A stretch of 64,000 bases of DNA from a virus: positions 3,076 through 67,075 of the IMG/VR virus record IMGVR_UViG_3300007541_000018. One strand, written 5' to 3'. The notes beneath the pieces were generated by a model. That model did no database searches. It had not been told where the DNA came from and saw nothing but the letters and a program-made list of their open reading frames with translations. The position numbers were made by a program, and so were the translations under genes. This document shows positions 17,801-26,339 of this stretch, piece by piece; within the stretch, counting starts at the first letter, position 1; the number at the start of each line of letters is the position of its first letter.

Positions 17801-20800
17801 CAAGACTTATATCAAAGGAATTGGCTCCATCTAGGGTTATACCTACAAGAGATAGTCGAGTCTCTTCTGCTGGTATGTTTGCACTTACAGTAAGGGTCGT
17901 AGCACTTTGAAGAGGTAAGTTGTATCGACCTGTTACAGTAATCTCCTTGTAAGTAGCATCCTCAATAGTTATCTCTTGGCTTCCATTAAAGTTTGCCTTT
18001 GGAACAGGTGCTGTAGTTACAATACCGTTATCAGCCATGGGACCTGCGTAGAAGTTTGCAGACACATCAGCCGCGTCAAGAGCAGCAGCATAAACTGATA
18101 CCCTGAATATATCTCCTAACCAATGTCTGGTAACAGTGTCAGTAGTATCCTTTTCGTTGGCGATTGTGAGAGCGTAATCACCGAAGTTATTAGAGAGGAC
18201 TCTGGCGTCTTGGAAATTAGTTCTTTGGAATGGGTCGTCAAGATTTTGGATGTAGAGATTATTCTCAGTACCTCCATTATCGTTGTAAGTGTTGACCCAA
18301 ATCCTGACACCGCTGGCGGTAGAACTTTCTACTGATATTACAAAGTGCTGTAGCTCATCTTCAACAATGTTAAGGGAAGTGTTGGTGTTAGAGTAGGAAT
18401 AGTTACCACCTCTCCAATTAAACTCACCTCCTCGATTCATTCCAAACATAAAGTTTGTTAAACCACCACCTACTTGAGTAGGATTAGAGGGGTTAGACCA
18501 CGACACTAATCTAGCAGGACCTCCGAGTGTTGTATCAGAGCATCTAGCCCAAATCTCAATTGTGTAAGATCCTCCAGAGAGTTGGTCGATGAGGAGGTCA
18601 GCACCTGCGCTTAGTGTAAATCTAGACTCATTGTTTATCTTTGTGAATGTTGCGGCAGGGGTAGTAACCTCAGTAGTGCTACCAAAATCTTTCTTTAGAA
18701 TGAGACTAGATACTAGATCTGTAATTTCGTTACTAGCGTTCATACCGCTAAAGATCCAGTCAGCTTTAAGATCCGTGCTTCTCTTTGAAGTGTCAGGGGG
18801 ATCAAATACACACCCCGTAGCAGGAAGACCTACATCTTGACCATAAGCAGTTACGAAATCATTGTAGGCATCAGGAAGATCAGGGTTCCAAGAAAGATTC
18901 CAATCAACATGAGCCATCTCTCCAACCAATCCTCCAAGGTTTGCTTGGTAATACCCTAAAGTACCTACAGCGTTAGTAGATCCATTAGGAACCTCATTAA
19001 CCATTATGAAACCAAAAGCCTTGGTAGCGTTATCGTAGCTGCTAGGAACTACAGAAACATAATCATTACAGTCTGCCCCAGCACCAGTGAGATAATTTGA
19101 TATTGAGCCTGACTGTAGTGTCATACTTACAACATCATTAAATTCACACCCTCTGAAAGCCGTGGCAACTCCCTGTTTACCCCATTTTAGGAATCTTTCA
19201 TCTCCAGTTAGTCTATAAGAAGTTTTTAGAGATGTGAAGTTTCTAGCATTCCATAGGGGAGAGGTTGATCCTCCAGTAACACCTACGAAGTCCCATCCTA
19301 TATGATCCACGGAGGGGATTCTTTGACCGTTTACTTTTATAGAGTTTATAACCTGACCAGCGGGGAGCGTATTCTCTAAACCGTGTGCGGAGGTGTTTAC
19401 GAATAGATCAGGATCATCATAGTCATACGCAGAAAGTGCGGGGACAGTATACTCTCTAGCCTTATCTACATATTCCCATTGTCTAAGAGTTGGGTAGGCA
19501 ACTAAATCTCTCAGTCTAGTTTCAAGAACAGTAAGATTGTTTGGATCAGTATCATTAAGAGCTTGGGCTACAGAGAACACACCATTGTTCCAAAAAGCTC
19601 TCATGTAGTCCTGATAGCCACCGAAATCAGCACCGTTAATACCCTTTCTTCTTTGATATTCAGTGATGAAATCAGCTTTAGGCAAGTCTATTAGTTGCTT
19701 AAAGCTACTTAATGTACAATCTAAATAAGCAGCCTTTCCAAGTTCAGCTACTGGGTACTGTGAAGTTAGTCCTGTATTCTGGCCTAAACTACCATCATTG
19801 TAAGGAGTATTTCTTCCAGGACTGAGGGTTTTCCAACAAGCTTCTGAGAAAACATCTGCCCATGCGGCATAGTCTACCTTATCAGAACCCTTTAATAATC
19901 TTCCTAAAAGACCTACGGACTTAATACCCCATCCAGATATTCTAGAACCTTGCTGTGAGAAGTATTGCTGTGCTGGATTACCAGTTACGCCATACAATGT
20001 CCAAGTTCCGTTTTGGACGGCTCCATAAGCGTTAGTAGCATTATACCAGTAGGAGTTCTTCTGCTGATAGTTAACGCCATTAAGAGTGTAAGTGCCTAAG
20101 GTATCATAGTTTGAGAAAGCAGTTTGGTAGTAGTTTCCGTACTGCTTAGTAAGCCACTTCCCTGAACCTAAGTTAGCGTTCCAAACTAACCCGTCAAGAT
20201 GGAAAATAGATCTGATGGTCCATGAGTCTTTGTTAGTATGCCACTTAGACCCAGGCTTCTGGCTGAACTCACCTTCACAAATCCACTGGTTCTGGGTGGT
20301 GTTTTGTGCCCTTACAGTGTTATAAATACTTTGTCTACTAGAGGGCTTAGTGCTCCACATTCTGTTAGTAGGACAAAGAGGTACAAATTTATTTACATCA
20401 TTTACAAATGGACCGTTGAAGTGAGGCCAGTGAGTGTTCTCACCATTGTTGTTACCTATTGCAAAAGGTAGTATTGGCTCAGAGGTTCCCTCAAAAATCT
20501 GAGTGGCTTTAGCTATATCATGAATTGAAACAGGCTTACCTGTAGGAGAGGTCATGGTTAGCCTGTTTCTCATCATTTGCATCTTCGCAATGGCCCAGGA
20601 TCTTTCAATCTCAGCGTCATTTAATTCTATACCATCTTCGGCTCTGATAGCAAAACCTCCAGGAGCACCCTCGTCTTGCTCTCCGTAAGGTCTGTAGAAG
20701 GTATGTACTTTTGGATCAGAAGAGTTAGTTAGATTAGAGGATATGAAAGAAAGCCCATCGCTTCCAAATCCGAATGGGTTTTGTCTTCCATTAGTAGATC

Positions 20801-23800
20801 TAGCATTGATCTTGTAGTGTCTAGCTATTGCTACCGACCTTGCTTTTAGAGCATCAAACCCAGAGGAGTCGAAGCTACTGTAAATAGATTGTAGGTTTGA
20901 ATTTGATACAGACGATGGTCTGCTAGTTTCTACTTGATCCCAATCAGGTATGTAATCTCTAGTGCCACCCCAACCTCTAATTGCGAAGTAGTTGTTTCCG
21001 AAAGGCTTTCCTGTAACAGCGTCTCTATAAAGAGGTAGAGAAGCAGCGTAACCACCGAATCTGTTTACCCAAAGAGCGTGAGCTTTTTGGGTTTCAGACC
21101 CTTGAGAGATCGCAACCTTTACTGCAAAGCAACTTCTTCTTGGAAGTAAGTGCAGTGAGTAGTCACTGGGAGCTAGAACAGAAGGGTTGTAGTTACCAGG
21201 GTTAGAGGTTTCAATTGGTCTTACTAAGTAACCATAAGTATCATCGGTGAATGTTTCTGAAGGAATTTTTTGAATAATATTGTTAACCCCGTTAACAAAC
21301 TCAGTTCCTTCGTGCATAATTAGACCAGCGGGGAGGTTTAGCTTGATGTCATAGAAGAACACATCCCCGTTAACCTCAGGGTGGTCTGCGTAACGATCTC
21401 CAATAGTGGGATCATAAATGTCGTTGTGAATTATAAACTCTACCTGTGCAACATCTAAGTCGGCTCTTTGAGTTACATAAGCGGTTACACCTAAAAGTTT
21501 AGGAGAGTAACCTACAGGCTCTTGCCCAGCAGGCCATACATCAAACTGTGTAAATAGTTGGCGCTCTTTTATGTAACTACCATCCCTTACAACTTCAACT
21601 TCTGTCCATGTAGAAAGAGGAGGAGTGTTTACACCTATAACAGAGTTTACAGAACCATCACCATTATCAAGGTGTATGGTTAAGTAAGCACTATCTAGAT
21701 TAACATCTGTTATAAAGTTTTGAGATGGGCTACCTTGTGCTATTCTCTCAAGAACAGACTCGTTATCAGAGGAGGTAGCAGTAAGGCTATAGTTAGCATA
21801 GTCTACTGTGTAAGTTGGATCAGCAGGACCTACAACTTGTACAGTGTCTACCAGATCACCAACATAGCTTACTGGGAAAACATCTGCAACTGTACCGTCA
21901 ATCATGAAGGAGGGTAAGTTTGCCTCATCTACAGGATCAATAGGTACTGTAGTTTGAACTAAGTAGTAAGAAGGATTAGTCTGAATGTAACCACTAAGGG
22001 GAGAAGTTACCTTATCAGTGACATAGTAATTGTCGTTAACTGAAGTCCACTTTAGGATTGAAGGAGGACCTTGAGTACTACCTACAGTAGTATAATCCAC
22101 CGACACGGTTTTAGCTCCAGTGTGTGCAGGATCTATGGTAACTAAATCGTTACCAGTTCCAGGGTATGCTGTACTAAAAGCGGTAGGACCGCTATTTACA
22201 ATTCTTATACTTACATCGCCTTGTGTACCAGCCTCAATGGTAATAGAGGAAGTTACAGTTGTGGAGTGAGCAGGGATGACAACTGTGTTAGGGAATACAA
22301 CACTTCCAGCAGCACCAGCAGCAACACTTGCGATTATAGGTACAGTAGTGTCGGCAGATACACCTAGACCTAAATCAAATGTTAGATCTACAGTAACATC
22401 TTGATCATAAGGAACAAGAACTGAGGTGGGGTTTATGGTCCAAGTAAGATTAGTAGCAACATCATCATCAATTAGTTTGAAGATGTGGTTGTGCTGAGTT
22501 GGGTCAGATGGGGTTGGACCTGCAATCACTGCGTTGTTATCTGTAGAACTAGCATCAACTATAGCGTATCTTACTACAGAACCAGCGTTAGCTGTTGTAT
22601 CATCACTTACATAAACATTGTAGGTAAAGTTACTCTGACCAGCGGTCAGGCTAATATCTATAGAAGATACAAATACTCCAGAGCTAAGGCTGACCCTTTG
22701 GTCAGTATTACCAGCAACGGATTCTATAGTTACATATCCTCCTACAGGCACGGCAGGAGTAATAGTTCCTGAAAGCTCAAAGGTTTCACCGTCCCATTCG
22801 TTAGTTGTAATTAGATTGGTAGGACCATAATTAGATAGATCGAAAGTGCTTTCTACAGCAGGAACAGCACCATCAACAGCCACAGTATAAAGAGACTGGC
22901 CTGCAAGCATTCTTCCATAAGCTGCGTCAGCTACATCTACACCTGCATTAATATCAAACGACCCTGTAGTAGCTGTTACAGCAACATCGTAAGTAGTAGT
23001 TATAGACAATGACCCTGCGGGTAAAACTACAGATGCAGGGGCAGTAATGTCTCCACCTAGAGTACCTACAAAGTTATTGTAGAAAAGGTTTACCTGAATA
23101 TCTTGGCTGGATATTCTCGATGCTGTGAACTCAATGGTAGCGGTATCACCTGCTGCTGGGTCGCTAGTAGTGTTGCTTCCAAATGATAAGAATATTAGTT
23201 GCTCATCATCTAGAATTTCTAGATCGAAAGTAGTAGGATCAAGTACAGGAGTTATAGTTAGAGGAGTCCCAGGTAGCTCGTTTACAGAATCAATGCTAAA
23301 GCTTACAGTAACATCTTGGTTTGTAATGTCTTCGTTACCTACGGTAACTGGAATAATTACAGAGCTAGTTCCTTGAAGAATCTGCCCAGTGTATGAGGCA
23401 TCGAGCCTTCCTGCGGCGGTGTTCTCAGGGACTATAACAATATCCACTGTCTCAGGAAGAAGAGTGTCCGATACAACTTCAATATCTACTGTCTCGTTAC
23501 CATACTCAGTAGCAGTAGTGCCTACCTCAGCAAAGCTAAAGGTTACTTGGTTCGCATCGCCGTCAATGCTTATATGAATGATCTCGTCTGGATCAGTAGT
23601 AGCATTTCCAGTAGATACAACAGCCTCTAGATAAAGGTTAACATTAGGATATGCGGTATCAAGTATATTAAAGGAAGTACTTACAGGGCTAGTGCTATAC
23701 GCAGGAATAGTTACGGTGTTGATAGGAGAGTAATCTCTGTTCAAAACAGCAGTAGTGGTTTGTCCTGTAGAGGTTGTTGATACAGGGCTGATTGTAACCT

Positions 23801-25022
23801 CTACATCTTCTTTGTAGAAATTACTAGTGTTTACAACTATAGTTACAGTATCACCATCAACCTGTTGATTGCTCCCGTTATATGCTTGGTCTGAGGCAAT
23901 GCTAATTAAGGGCTGCTGATCATCACTTATAAGTGATAGGTTGCGTACATCAGTAGAGCCTACCTGACCATTAAAGGTTTGGTTTACCGAAACAAAATCG
24001 GTAATGGTTATTTGAATTGTGGTAGGAGTCTCCTCTGTATCAGTGTCTTTTATGTAAATAGGAATGAATCCCTGTGTAGCACCTGCTGGGAAGTTTCCGT
24101 TAAAAGTTAGTGGTAATGGAGTTTGGAGTTGATCGTCTGCGAATAGTCTAGGATCTGTCTGGCTAATAGAGAAGGAAACCTTTCCTGGGCCTGGGAGAGG
24201 GTTGTTAAATACTACCTTAGCTCCAAGAAGTCCTTGGTTCCACTCCTCGGCTGTTACTATTTGAGGTGATTCATGGTTTACAATTAAAGTAGAACCTACA
24301 CCAGTTACTTGGTAAGACTGAGCTATGTTTCCACCTGTAGCATTTCCTGTAGAAATATTAGCAGTGATGGTGACAATACCTGGAGCAGCTAAAATGTTAG
24401 GAATCAGTTCAATACTTTTGACAGTATCAGGATCCTCCCCATTAGCCTCTGCGTTTACTGTGCCTACAAAATTAATATCTGTTATGGTGAAGGTGTAGTT
24501 CTGGTCCGATTGCCCAGGAGGATAGTTATCAGTTACAGTAATATCAAGACCCACATCTTCAGAGAAGGCTCTATCTAGAACCACCTCAAAGACCCCAGGC
24601 TCGTCTGCCGTAGCGGTATTAGTGGTGTTAGGACCTAAGGATACTACAGGCTCAATGTCATCATCAACTACAGTTACAGTAAGCTCCTCATCTTCAATTA
24701 TTGTGGGGAAGCCTCCTTGACCTATGACAAAACTAACTATTTCTAGTGAAATCTGGGCGTCACCAATAGGTTCTGAATCATCAGTGAGAACAACAGGGAT
24801 AGTGAACGAGGTGGACCCTGCTGGAACAACTACTGTTATGTTGGCACTGTCAGAATCGCCACCTCCTGTGATGATATCACCATTTGCGTTAGTGAAGCTG
24901 ACTCTTTCGTCAAGAGAAGTTACACTAACAGTAATAACTGCCTGCTCAGGAATAGCAGGGGTGATGACGCCAGAGACGGCATAGCTACCGTCTTCCCATT
25001 CAAATAGATTTACATTGGGCAT
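11844..25022 (-). CDS. Giant 4392-aa multidomain virion protein (Calx-beta/Ig-like repeats, lyase-like toroid module, LamG, glycoside-hydrolase-like barrel with CBM5/12-like insert, beta-helix)
   Basis: Uninterrupted 13.2-kb ORF. Motifs: repeated V.IPAGS....DD Calx-beta-like units; LamG SYTIEIWA..ARLVS..HFVIS..WLGDIFRVSVYAAAL; barrel motifs WMLGHEAE, FLFDYYP, KPVYPTLEG, GADGFIWF; YDSTKTYSIGDKV. Confidence 0.8.
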   Translation of the reverse strand: MPNVNLFEWEDGSYAVSGVITPAIPEQAVITVSVTSLDERVSFTNANGDIITGGGDSDSANITVVVPAGSTSFTIPVVLTDDSEPIGDAQISLEIVSFVIGQGGFPTIIEDEELTVTVVDDDIEPVVSLGPNTTNTATADEPGVFEVVLDRAFSEDVGLDITVTDNYPPGQSDQNYTFTITDINFVGTVNAEANGEDPDTVKSIELIPNILAAPGIVTITANISTGNATGGNIAQSYQVTGVGSTLIVNHESPQIVTAEEWNQGLLGAKVVFNNPLPGPGKVSFSISQTDPRLFADDQLQTPLPLTFNGNFPAGATQGFIPIYIKDTDTEETPTTIQITITDFVSVNQTFNGQVGSTDVRNLSLISDDQQPLISIASDQAYNGSNQQVDGDTVTIVVNTSNFYKEDVEVTISPVSTTSTGQTTTAVLNRDYSPINTVTIPAYSTSPVSTSFNILDTAYPNVNLYLEAVVSTGNATTDPDEIIHISIDGDANQVTFSFAEVGTTATEYGNETVDIEVVSDTLLPETVDIVIVPENTAAGRLDASYTGQILQGTSSVIIPVTVGNEDITNQDVTVSFSIDSVNELPGTPLTITPVLDPTTFDLEILDDEQLIFLSFGSNTTSDPAAGDTATIEFTASRISSQDIQVNLFYNNFVGTLGGDITAPASVVLPAGSLSITTTYDVAVTATTGSFDINAGVDVADAAYGRMLAGQSLYTVAVDGAVPAVESTFDLSNYGPTNLITTNEWDGETFELSGTITPAVPVGGYVTIESVAGNTDQRVSLSSGVFVSSIDISLTAGQSNFTYNVYVSDDTTANAGSVVRYAIVDASSTDNNAVIAGPTPSDPTQHNHIFKLIDDDVATNLTWTINPTSVLVPYDQDVTVDLTFDLGLGVSADTTVPIIASVAAGAAGSVVFPNTVVIPAHSTTVTSSITIEAGTQGDVSIRIVNSGPTAFSTAYPGTGNDLVTIDPAHTGAKTVSVDYTTVGSTQGPPSILKWTSVNDNYYVTDKVTSPLSGYIQTNPSYYLVQTTVPIDPVDEANLPSFMIDGTVADVFPVSYVGDLVDTVQVVGPADPTYTVDYANYSLTATSSDNESVLERIAQGSPSQNFITDVNLDSAYLTIHLDNGDGSVNSVIGVNTPPLSTWTEVEVVRDGSYIKERQLFTQFDVWPAGQEPVGYSPKLLGVTAYVTQRADLDVAQVEFIIHNDIYDPTIGDRYADHPEVNGDVFFYDIKLNLPAGLIMHEGTEFVNGVNNIIQKIPSETFTDDTYGYLVRPIETSNPGNYNPSVLAPSDYSLHLLPRRSCFAVKVAISQGSETQKAHALWVNRFGGYAASLPLYRDAVTGKPFGNNYFAIRGWGGTRDYIPDWDQVETSRPSSVSNSNLQSIYSSFDSSGFDALKARSVAIARHYKINARSTNGRQNPFGFGSDGLSFISSNLTNSSDPKVHTFYRPYGEQDEGAPGGFAIRAEDGIELNDAEIERSWAIAKMQMMRNRLTMTSPTGKPVSIHDIAKATQIFEGTSEPILPFAIGNNNGENTHWPHFNGPFVNDVNKFVPLCPTNRMWSTKPSSRQSIYNTVRAQNTTQNQWICEGEFSQKPGSKWHTNKDSWTIRSIFHLDGLVWNANLGSGKWLTKQYGNYYQTAFSNYDTLGTYTLNGVNYQQKNSYWYNATNAYGAVQNGTWTLYGVTGNPAQQYFSQQGSRISGWGIKSVGLLGRLLKGSDKVDYAAWADVFSEACWKTLSPGRNTPYNDGSLGQNTGLTSQYPVAELGKAAYLDCTLSSFKQLIDLPKADFITEYQRRKGINGADFGGYQDYMRAFWNNGVFSVAQALNDTDPNNLTVLETRLRDLVAYPTLRQWEYVDKAREYTVPALSAYDYDDPDLFVNTSAHGLENTLPAGQVINSIKVNGQRIPSVDHIGWDFVGVTGGSTSPLWNARNFTSLKTSYRLTGDERFLKWGKQGVATAFRGCEFNDVVSMTLQSGSISNYLTGAGADCNDYVSVVPSSYDNATKAFGFIMVNEVPNGSTNAVGTLGYYQANLGGLVGEMAHVDWNLSWNPDLPDAYNDFVTAYGQDVGLPATGCVFDPPDTSKRSTDLKADWIFSGMNASNEITDLVSSLILKKDFGSTTEVTTPAATFTKINNESRFTLSAGADLLIDQLSGGSYTIEIWARCSDTTLGGPARLVSWSNPSNPTQVGGGLTNFMFGMNRGGEFNWRGGNYSYSNTNTSLNIVEDELQHFVISVESSTASGVRIWVNTYNDNGGTENNLYIQNLDDPFQRTNFQDARVLSNNFGDYALTIANEKDTTDTVTRHWLGDIFRVSVYAAALDAADVSANFYAGPMADNGIVTTAPVPKANFNGSQEITIEDATYKEITVTGRYNLPLQSATTLTVSANIPAEETRLSLVGITLDGANSFDISLDAAEQDWEFTVGITSATGNQGDLSSTFKLVADSSVDSDLGSNTEFTFVVNDGATGGTGGGTGGGTGGGTGGQGPGGGQMVNSITTDEGVTWYFDGDYEAGRYVTGDWWVVGPVNVIDIYPKPEYRPELGGYINGSMINPETYAGYDKYGQGRIDATVGTPDEFSTDWSVVSGWEFFYDVANSARRGHGWLEGWETTLYMDGTYDHNLNAAWPSAPYSNTGGGANPVSQTNPITLQPGDTLHSSWCESQKPWIPNIGTDEKYEVFRDDGTGPVSLGMYSLSANPQTYSINAPYLNSNKSESGGRLKTIQPLTCLDQAPADFNGGGRQFGDYYANLLPGRIGSWYAPTQKYLNDTTLPNRLVDIAQENKDLGIDMLVRSKFPTNFDQPYTQSEIQSLLDKGLRFVGQYGLVNQYGEAFKPGGGNLGDDWPMNFTVVDPDGDGTPESVDFWMLGHEAELNGDWYGHYEEYDSTKTYSIGDKVYVIDRLSNGGVAGAAPYGKTTVFEASATISAGQAPVYVLDSGDDYEPADGNGWTIDIYQTYYTYGAGYDDIKQRAEQFKQQYPDKKLYYFFSKGVSIAGWFGLDPRARAGHVWDDGTVQEDQLSFFSAVAQIPEFDGFLFDYYPHCTKPTGAVTASSVDPPELYDNPYFSTPKVLDDAKWVVSGVHRIKEWSTTPQFPNGKPVYPTLEGSPVFVSSVNDQSVNPYYGALEYYHNETPSYDQVNSLVLSCLEAGADGFIWFMHAHKWRATNAGTGVVQVGAAGPFSDGSWPWAWREKYWSTSPNSQGQSFPILDENGNHVNVHQLYFPNKPGVDVSGDGTYEMIKAVNETITNWFATHRNPVQNPVTNPWENPDGGWFRPGPFSNSKTSPYHTSAIDYGKLKNLPILSFAPNFASFVERKPTHQDGSDGNAEVWYQINPSHNYPGADSTGKLYAPVHQKNSNMWCNNIVANDNFDWRMQQFGPVRQTTLYGTTGGGLFNIVGHLAVLLNLDVPLDTKKPILYWLLQVGIDLDERFKEGAYWVPEGGHKQGRYFPIWFKRIMFNEDLTDLVENAGRFSENLNTFHVPDYINWFVCEQDGTCPPESPNCRTDPTTSGVCNTYMVNTTLYLEDGESTPANSSDPGLVCGTDLNLNYANGTLCKLDIQVPGVNYSTTQIGMPEWNIYGFPAWQQESSSGFTNEHYVPKYKSQLARFGYGMALAIREMGLVDQFGHKPFLDYIDRAALLNYDPPYLTDANGQSIGYEKREPNTGNLWTGSDDEGWGRQAPAYYFDKYRYRYPDFSLSAPGDFATGDGWDCEASAYRYAEGFFPTIPYANLSDVLTGTFPSPPSTDPNNNSWTQGAGDVGDGNLYPPAIDDSADPTAQITGKNTGHRLYTSAMDISAITTDPYYFVDPGDCGALPNCTEVPVTGLTISGVVFSGTNYDVANAASNGILQIKTNNPLNFVDCLFIGQLYWYEKFADGVVFSGLDSQLSQNNNGDNVGGSSTEHGGNSYIINGYNGVHPQEVSFEWCTFRGCRSKTINVPLYNARRLNIDWYVGDSINIIPVGTYPNTRDWKMSECWIGPAGSVRAGASCNPGDRPELFDCVPATRTFNGFVHAVERCTPTRHVQCGATNDQWFAAYPSKAPHADTFQQDRKQLTDIILERCTFAGAGSPEWSDSGTANIPGSKLLIDRRGFINPASFLNDDGPTIDGYLAPSGSDTVRAKGTGTSQFLITTGGSNIWHNIYLSGCYFRGTGSYNFITKSSKFSKTSRTSGGVTRYFWQLRACAEENSPTETWESISLPLYNATNCSNDTGYSSSATSGVLGFNPTIHWVAGNQIDSATNYGMYNLNDGQNINIPHQVIHAYDPSAVDSNAPYYSCDYYRSLGYTEAAGYADMSACITDNYAVIDVVSDYTNKWSNDNGLSCRKIRLTDGTTIGGTTNPVLDVEDFLQKGGQVIPGYPWSILKRYSNYPNNQRIDGTLVDEDGVTKPYLLVENPTSELRCECDTQ
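17589..17643. repeat. 12-bp tandem repeat (ACCACCAGTACC x3 plus degenerate copies) encoding a (GGTG)n linker
   Basis: Read directly from the sequence; separates the two halves of the giant protein. Confidence 0.9.
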
Positions 25023-25039
25023 GATGAATTCTCTCTTTA

Positions 25040-25046
25040 TATTTAG
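25040..25046 (-). promoter_or_regulatory. Putative late promoter (CTAAATA) for the giant-protein genes
   Basis: TAAATA overlaps the gp15 stop codon and ends 17 nt before ATG 25022. Confidence 0.4.
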
Positions 25047-25780
25047 TCTTTTATTTTTACATCAGAGTATAGTTTTAGTATCTTTCCTGTATTTGTCACT
25101 AAGAATTTTGGTTGAGGAATATAAGCCTCAATATTAATTGTGAAGTCTTTTCTTATTAACCTATCTTCCCTATCCCTAGCCTCCACCTGACCATCATCTG
25201 TTTCTTGAGTTAGGAAAGCTTTACATACCTTGCTTTGTGGAATCTTTAAGATTAGATCAGGATTAAACTTTGATCTTAATGAAGCAGATAGCTGGTCGAT
25301 ATCGGACACAAATTTCGACCAAATACTTAAACTATATGACATTACTACGGGGACATCTGCAAGATGAACCACCCGTTCGGCTCTTTGCTCCTTATCATTC
25401 CAGGCTTTCGCGTATACAAGATTTTGAGATGTTCTTCTTTTCCTAGAATCTTCCTCAACCCCTGTCTGGTATACGGTTGAGTAAGGAAGGACTATGTTAT
25501 TTTCTTGAAACTTTTTGGCAACAAGTCTGTCCTGACGACCGTGATGAATTTTAACAGACACTAACTCATTTTGATCATTAATATAGTACATGTCCATCTG
25601 TGACAGTAAGGCTCTTAAGATATCCTTATAGAAATCTTGCTTATAGTTACTGTCCTTGGTTGATAGATCAACTATTGTGCTCATTAAAGTTCTAGAAGAC
25701 CTTCCAGGAGTATCATCTAGATCTCCTGCGATCTCATTAATGTAACCTTTAAGATCACCAAAATATAAATACTCAGACAT
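25043..25780 (-). CDS. gp15: Tail terminator / sheath stabiliser (T4 gp15-like)
   Basis: LPYSTV, DVPVVMSYSLSIWSK...DQL....FNP and DRLIRKDFTINIEAYIP; follows gp13-gp14. Confidence 0.75.
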   Translation of the reverse strand: MSEYLYFGDLKGYINEIAGDLDDTPGRSSRTLMSTIVDLSTKDSNYKQDFYKDILRALLSQMDMYYINDQNELVSVKIHHGRQDRLVAKKFQENNIVLPYSTVYQTGVEEDSRKRRTSQNLVYAKAWNDKEQRAERVVHLADVPVVMSYSLSIWSKFVSDIDQLSASLRSKFNPDLILKIPQSKVCKAFLTQETDDGQVEARDREDRLIRKDFTINIEAYIPQPKFLVTNTGKILKLYSDVKIKD

Positions 25781-26339
25781 CTAAATCAGGGTAGCCTCCT
25801 ACATCATCGCTAATGTCGGTTAAGGGCTCATTAACCGTATCTTGGCTGTCGCGGAGAATCTTAGCGGTAACTACTGTATGGTAAACTCCATACAATTCAA
25901 AACTGTCTTCTTGAACTTCCGTAACCTCGTACTTTATATTTTGAAAGTAGGGTTTTATTTGATCACCTATCTGAGGCGAATCATTGAGAGCCGATTCAAT
26001 ATAAGATTTATTGAATACAAACATCTGATCGTTGGTTACTTCAATTCCAAACTTGGATAAAGTCTCCTCTACAACAGAGGGTTCATAGTGACCATGAACA
26101 GTTATTGGATCAGACATTACAGTCTTATTACGGGCCTCTAAATAAACATCATCAAAATCTTCTTTAACAAGTTGCTTAAAATAATATAAAGGAGATCCTG
26201 AAATTCTAATAATCTCGTCATCTATAAGATTGAATAGATTAACATCTGGATTGTTAGGGTCATAGAATGATAGAGGAGTTGCCCCATCAATACGAGGCAA
26301 CCCGTCCATAGGTCTAGATACTTTGAATTTCTTATTCAT
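25773..26339 (-). CDS. gp14: Neck protein (T4 gp14-like)
   Basis: EIIRISGSPLYY, FDDVYLE, LSKFGIE, PQIGDQI and YEVTEV motifs; synteny with gp13 and gp15. Confidence 0.8.
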   Translation of the reverse strand: MNKKFKVSRPMDGLPRIDGATPLSFYDPNNPDVNLFNLIDDEIIRISGSPLYYFKQLVKEDFDDVYLEARNKTVMSDPITVHGHYEPSVVEETLSKFGIEVTNDQMFVFNKSYIESALNDSPQIGDQIKPYFQNIKYEVTEVQEDSFELYGVYHTVVTAKILRDSQDTVNEPLTDISDDVGGYPDLDV

